From Amoebidium appalachense (lineage: Eukaryota > Protista > Ichthyosporea): 64,000 bases of DNA. Each line of letters opens with the position of its first letter. Positions within the stretch are counted from its first letter, which is position 1. This document shows positions 58,366 through 64,000 of this stretch, piece after piece. Under the pieces are notes generated by a model. It saw only the letters and a list, made by a program, of their open reading frames with translations, did not search any database and was not told where the DNA came from. The DNA lies in contig CAVNZM010000017.1 of assembly GCA_963693365.1 (NCBI GenBank), forward strand, positions 3,949,375 through 4,013,374, given 5' to 3'. A program made the position numbers and the translations under genes.

Positions 58366-59291
58366 ATGGCCAGCCAAACCTTTATGATGAATCTGGCACG
58401 CACGTTTGCCTCTAAAGGGAGCTTGATCCCACCCAACTGCACAGACTGCCGCGACACATGCATCGGCTTCGACGAGTGCACAACGTGCATAAACTTCTGC
58501 GAGGGGTGGGAGGAGAGACCAGACCAGTATGTCGGGCCGGGAGGGCCCGTAGTTACTGTGTTTATGTGCCTGCTGCCCCTGATTGTGCTGGTCATAGTTA
58601 CTCTGATTCCAAAACCATGGTAAGTGAGTTGCAGATAAGTGTAAGACGTATATGTATTGCAGGTGGCTCATAGTGTACATACGCACTGATTGATGTAAAC
58701 AGAAAGCAACTACATATACAGCACTGTATGTTGGCCACGGGAAAAACGAGCGCCTAGGTGGAATGGATAATTGTGAGGCAGATATAGCGTATGTACACGT
58801 GCATAGGACCGATTAATTGCCAAAAATTGTAACAAAAATATAAGCCTAACACAATGCAACGGGTTGCATGTTAAAGTGTGCATGCTTTCTATTGGCATTC
58901 ACTTTGGGTACATTTTTTTTAAAGAGTCACATCCATGTCCCTTTACACTTTACTAACCCAAAATCACATGCAGGAAGTCGACCGTGTCTTTGCCGTTTGC
59001 TGCCCTGATGATGTTTGTCATCCGCCTGGCCTACCTGCAGGCTGAACCAATCAACGTGGCTGCTGCCGTGCTGAGTGGAATGCTGGAAACCCTTACGCCT
59101 CTCTCCATTGTCATGTATGTATACTCACATCATCACGACCACTTAATTCTTTTAGTCTAAACACCACATGTTTTATTCACTTCCAGTCTGTCTCTACCGT
59201 CCCTCCGTGCTTCCTTTCAAAAGCACACCTACCTGCTGCGCAGGACAAGCGCATATGCACGCGCGCGTGTGCGCCCACACACACACAAAAA

Positions 59292-59331
<40 letters not shown>

Positions 59332-59338
59332 AACAACC

Positions 59339-59427
<89 letters not shown>

Positions 59428-60056
59428 CTTTCTTTTGAAGGTGACCTGTAGCTATTTAATTGTAGCATAAAATTCGTGTACAGTGATTACCATGGTATCA
59501 ATATCCGCCAATTTTCTCACTTCGCTCTTTCTTTTCTTTCCCACAGGGGTGCCATCATGTTATTCGAAACGATGGGCCACACCGGGTGCATGTCATGGAT
59601 GATGCGTGAACTCAAGCAACTGAGCGGTGGTCACCCAATTGCAGAAGTAATGCTGATTGGCTGGGCATTCGCATACCTGGTGGAAGGCGCTAGTGGTTTC
59701 GGTACGCCCATTGCTCTGGCAGCGCCCATGCTTGCCGAATTAGGACATCCAAAAATGGAAGGTATTTTGGTTCTTCTGCTATCAAACACCTTCTCCGCAT
59801 TGTTTGGTGCGGTAGGTACGCCTGTGTGGTTTGGCCTGGGTAACCTTAACCTGACGGAAGATGAAATGGTTGAGGTTGGATTTAAGGCGGGCACCACCAT
59901 TGCTGTGCTGGCGTTCCTCCTGGTTCCTTGTATGGTATGTACTCATTCCCCCCATTTCCCCCCTGGTTATTTTTCCAAAACCGCTGGTTTTCCTCTCGAG
60001 ACTCCCCTTCCCCCCTTCCCCCGCTTACCCCCCTCCCCCCCCCCCCTTCCTCCCCC

Positions 60057-60089
<33 letters not shown>

Positions 60090-60125
60090 CCTGCAATACA
60101 TGCAACACACACACGCATGCACGCG

Positions 60126-60216
<91 letters not shown>

Positions 60217-60784
60217 TGTGGCCACCCTCAACCCTTTCTTCCCCCGAAAGTGATCTTTGTGTGGGGTGCATAGTTGCCGTGTGTTCGATATCCCATGTCC
60301 GCTGCACCGTCTTTCTGTGTTCTTATACTTTGCCGTGGCCCCCTTCAGCCTCCCCCCACCTCCCCTCCCTCCCCCCTCCCCTCCCCTCCCCTCCCCCCCC
60401 CCCAACACACACACACACACACACATCTCACCTTATCAGTATCACTTCCCACCCTCTTTCTCAGAAAGTCCCAACTCGAGGACCCTACACCGCATCTCAT
60501 GCCCATCCACAATATCGCACCATCCACTCACCCGAAAACCCACACCGTTGCAAAATGACTTCACCCACAGCACATACTAATACCGACTTAACCCTCCCCA
60601 TTAATCCCCTCTCCCCCCCCCCTCCCTCCCTTACCCACCCACCCACCCACCCCCATTTCCCCTTACCCCCTTCCTGCCCACTCCCTTCCCCTGCCCTCCC
60701 TCCCTCTTCCGCCCCTCCCCCTCCCCCCCTTCCCTTCCCACACACACACACACATGCACACACACCCACCCCACCCCACCCCCA

Positions 60785-60826
<42 letters not shown>

Positions 60827-61964
60827 CCCCCCCCAACACACAGTACACACACAGCCCCTCCCTCCTCCCCTCCCCCCGCCCCCCCTCCGCCCCGCCCCCC
60901 CCCCCCCCTCCCCCAACACAGCTGCTATATCTTGCACACTGGCGCACCGTGCTCCACAATCTCCCATTCATCCTTCTGAGCCTGGCCTTGACCGTAATTC
61001 CCTCTATCCTCGTTAGTGTCTTCAACTACGAATTTGCCACTCTGATTGGTGGAATATCAGGCGTGGCCGGGACAGTATTGTTAACCCGCTTCAGGGTGGG
61101 TCTGCGTCCGCATACTCCCTCGGGTACGGTTAAAGATCTGGACGTCGAGTCCCAGAGCCGTCCCAGTGCTCACAATGTCAACGAGGTATCAGATCCCCCC
61201 CCTCTATCTCCCCCTCTCCCCCCCCCCGAGTCCCCCCCCCCCCCCCCCCCCCCCCGGACTTTTGCCGACACCACCAGCACCACCATCATCATCACCACCA
61301 TTTTTTGAAGAGTAATCATCTCCGATGCCCCCATTCATGGTCTTCTATCACAAAACTACATTATGTGACCCACATTTTCGTCAAGTATATCTAACCAAAT
61401 TTCTTAATCTAGCTCTATTTCAAACATATCCACTCACGTGCACACCATTGCCTCCTTGCAGAACACACCCACCGGCACCACACCTGCCAATTCCGTACAA
61501 CTACAAACCTCCTCGGTTCACAGCATCGAATGTCCTATCACACAGAACCCGCAACCCCCCGCCGTCAAAATTCTCGAATCTCCCTTTGTCGAGACGAACG
61601 ACAAGAAACCGGACAGCGGCAAAAATACCCAAAATGAGCGAGAAATAATTGAATCCGATGACACCGAGCAAGGGTGGGCCTATGCCAAATCCATGCTTCT
61701 CCGAACGTTTCCTCTGACCCTAACGGTTCTCCTCCTGGTGTTGACCCGAATCGAACCGATTGGGCTCAAGGGCCTTTTGCGGGCCAGAAGCCCGGCCCTG
61801 GTCATTCCTCTTGGGTCATTGGGGGTGTTGGAGATTAGCGCTGCCCTTGTCTGTTATTTCAGAGTAGGTGCCCTGAAATTTCACCGTGTTCCTGTAGGTG
61901 TTTGGTGGTATTGGGTGATTGTGGAGAAGAAGTTAGGGAACAAATGATCAACATATTGTTTCCT

Positions 61965-61997
<33 letters not shown>

Positions 61998-63813
61998 GTG
62001 AGGGAGTGCAGGGGGGGGGGGGGAGGGGGAGGGAGTGCAGGGGGGGGGGGGGGAGGGATGGTAAACGCAAACAGGCTAGGCTAGACTTAGGAACGAGGGA
62101 AATGGGCTTACAACAAGACATATGAAGACGCGCAAAACTAAACATGTATTTATGCACCATATCCTTTTTTTTTGCCAGAAATATAATTTTTTTCCCTAAC
62201 ACCATCCCCACCCCGCCCTACCGACGTGCACCCATGCACTATAATCCCCGGAAAACTTACCTGATTGTATGTACATTTCTAGCACAGTCCTTCGTTGCCT
62301 CTGTCCCTTCTTTGCCCAAGTTGAACATCAATCTAACCCCTTCCCCCTCCTCCCACCACCCTCTCCCTGCCCCCACATGCACACACATATGATCACATTC
62401 CCTCCCCTCCCATCCCGGTCCCCCTCCAGACACACACACATACATCCCACCCTTCTCCCCTCCCTCACCCCCTTTCTCCCCCCCCCCCCCCCTCCCCGCC
62501 TCCCCCATATGTACACACACCCACACGTACACTCACACCTACACCCACACCCACACCCACACCCCCACCTACACCCATACCCACACACACACATACACCC
62601 ACACGTACACCCACAGGACATTATGACAGACAAGGCTGTCACATGGACATACGAGACCCTCTACGTGCCCTCCATCCTCCCCTTCCTCCTCGTCTCAGCA
62701 ATCACCATGTTCGTCCATAGAAAAGATCTCGACGTTTCACCCCCAACCCTTGCAAAGGAAGTTTTTTCACGGCTCAGAAACCCAGCTCTCTCGCTCATGG
62801 GAGCTATGGTACTTGTTAGGTATGTTGCTACTTCTTCTTCTTCTTCTTCTTTTTTTTTTGCCTCCCTCTTGGCCCCCTTCCCCTCCTTTCCTCCCCTCCT
62901 CCCAGCTCATCTCTCTTCGAGTTGCTTCTGCCACCCTCACCCTCCTCCCTTCTTCCATCAGATGTTATGTTTGCTGCCACAGCCGCACAACAAACACTTG
63001 GGTTGAAACTCTCCCTCTTCTCTTGCTTTCTTTTTTCCCCTACCTCCCTCCCTTCTCCCGCCCCCCTTCCCCCTCCTCCCTGTCCGCCTTTCCTCCTCCT
63101 CCGCCTCTTCCACGGGTTTCCCACAAAACACACAAACATTATAGTTGCGATGCACGAAAAAAAAGAAGATCGTAGAGTGAACTTTCGATCCCACAGATCA
63201 TCGGGAAGCCTGTAGAAACTAACCAACTGTTATTACTCTATGCCACTCTCCCCCCCCCCCCCCCCACACACACACACACACACCCATCCCCTTCCCCCCC
63301 CCCCTCCCCCCCCCCCCCCCCCCCCCGCGCAGCCTGTTGCACCTCTTTCCAAGTATCCGATCATTTTGTTTTTGTGATTTTTATAACTGACAATCCAATC
63401 ACTTCATTCCTGCCTCTCTTATCCATTTTCATAATCTATGACCCACCATCCATCCTTCTTTCAATCTTCGTTCCAGACCTCCCATTGAATTCCCTTCCCC
63501 CAACCTCTTCCCCTCCCCACTTCGCCCCCCCCCCCCCCCCCCCTCCCCCCTCCCCCCCCCCCCCCCCCCCCCCCCCCCCTATACGCACACAAACACTTCT
63601 CCAAACTGCGTCATCAATGCGACCCTTTCCCCCGTGCACGGGGACTCTTTTCACAACATAATGTCCCGGTGAATGCCTTGCATAGCACCAGCACTCCTCA
63701 CTTACTCTTCCACTAACCCTCCCTCTCACCTCTTCCCCCCCCCCCCCCCCCCCTCTTCCCCCCTCCCCTCCCCCCCCCCGGCCTCCTCTACACACACACG
63801 TGCGCGCGCGCAA

Positions 63814-63857
<44 letters not shown>

Positions 63858-64000
63858 TCCGCGCCCCCCTCCCACCTCTTCCCCACAGTCTCATGCGCAC
63901 AGGTGGCTACGGATCTCCCGCCTACCTAATCGGATCTCTCGTAAGTTCATGGGCCGGTACATGGTGGATCCTCCTCTCCACGTTTATTGGTGCTCTGGGA
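58366..64000 (+). CDS. L-lactate permease (LctP family), 5' portion (gene continues beyond the window)
   Basis: Exons: 58366-58619, 58974-59114, 59547-59934, 60922-61185, 61462-61863, 62617-62819, 63889-64000+; phases are compatible. LctP motifs: SIVMGAIMLF, MLIGWAFAYLVEGASGFGTPIALAAPML..LG, FGAVGTPVWFG, YEFATLIGG, LYVPSILPF, FIGALG. Confidence 0.93.

Overview
Intron-rich eukaryotic genomic DNA; the taxon cannot be fixed from sequence alone. Introns are packed with poly-G/poly-C runs and (CA)n/(GT)n/(GA)n microsatellites, so nearly all of the supplied ORF track is low-complexity noise. Manual splicing at GT..AG with phase checks gives these genes in order. (1) The 5' part of SRP68 (-), with two in-frame stops at conserved Tyr positions. 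(2) A 17-exon SMARCAL1/HARP-like annealing helicase (-), with one probable homopolymer indel. (3) A 12-exon MFSD6-like transporter (+), with one in-frame TGA. (4) A 756-aa, mostly disordered protein with a central domain resembling a transposase N-terminal DNA-binding region (-). (5) A 20-exon TPR + GT41 glycosyltransferase with an N-terminal membrane anchor (-). (6) A broken rolling-stone/FAR-17a-like remnant (+). (7) An intronless 116-aa HEPN/DUF4145-like protein with both an N-myristoylation and a CaaX signal (-). (8) The 5' part of an L-lactate permease (+). The most notable items are the doubly lipid-anchored HEPN mini-protein with a bZIP-site cluster upstream, a ~160-200 bp dispersed intron-resident element always in host sense orientation, the stop codons at aromatic positions next to splice junctions, the anchored GT41 enzyme, and duplicated exon ends. 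Family assignments come from recalled motifs, not database searches. Sequencing or assembly error around G-runs is a live alternative for several observations.
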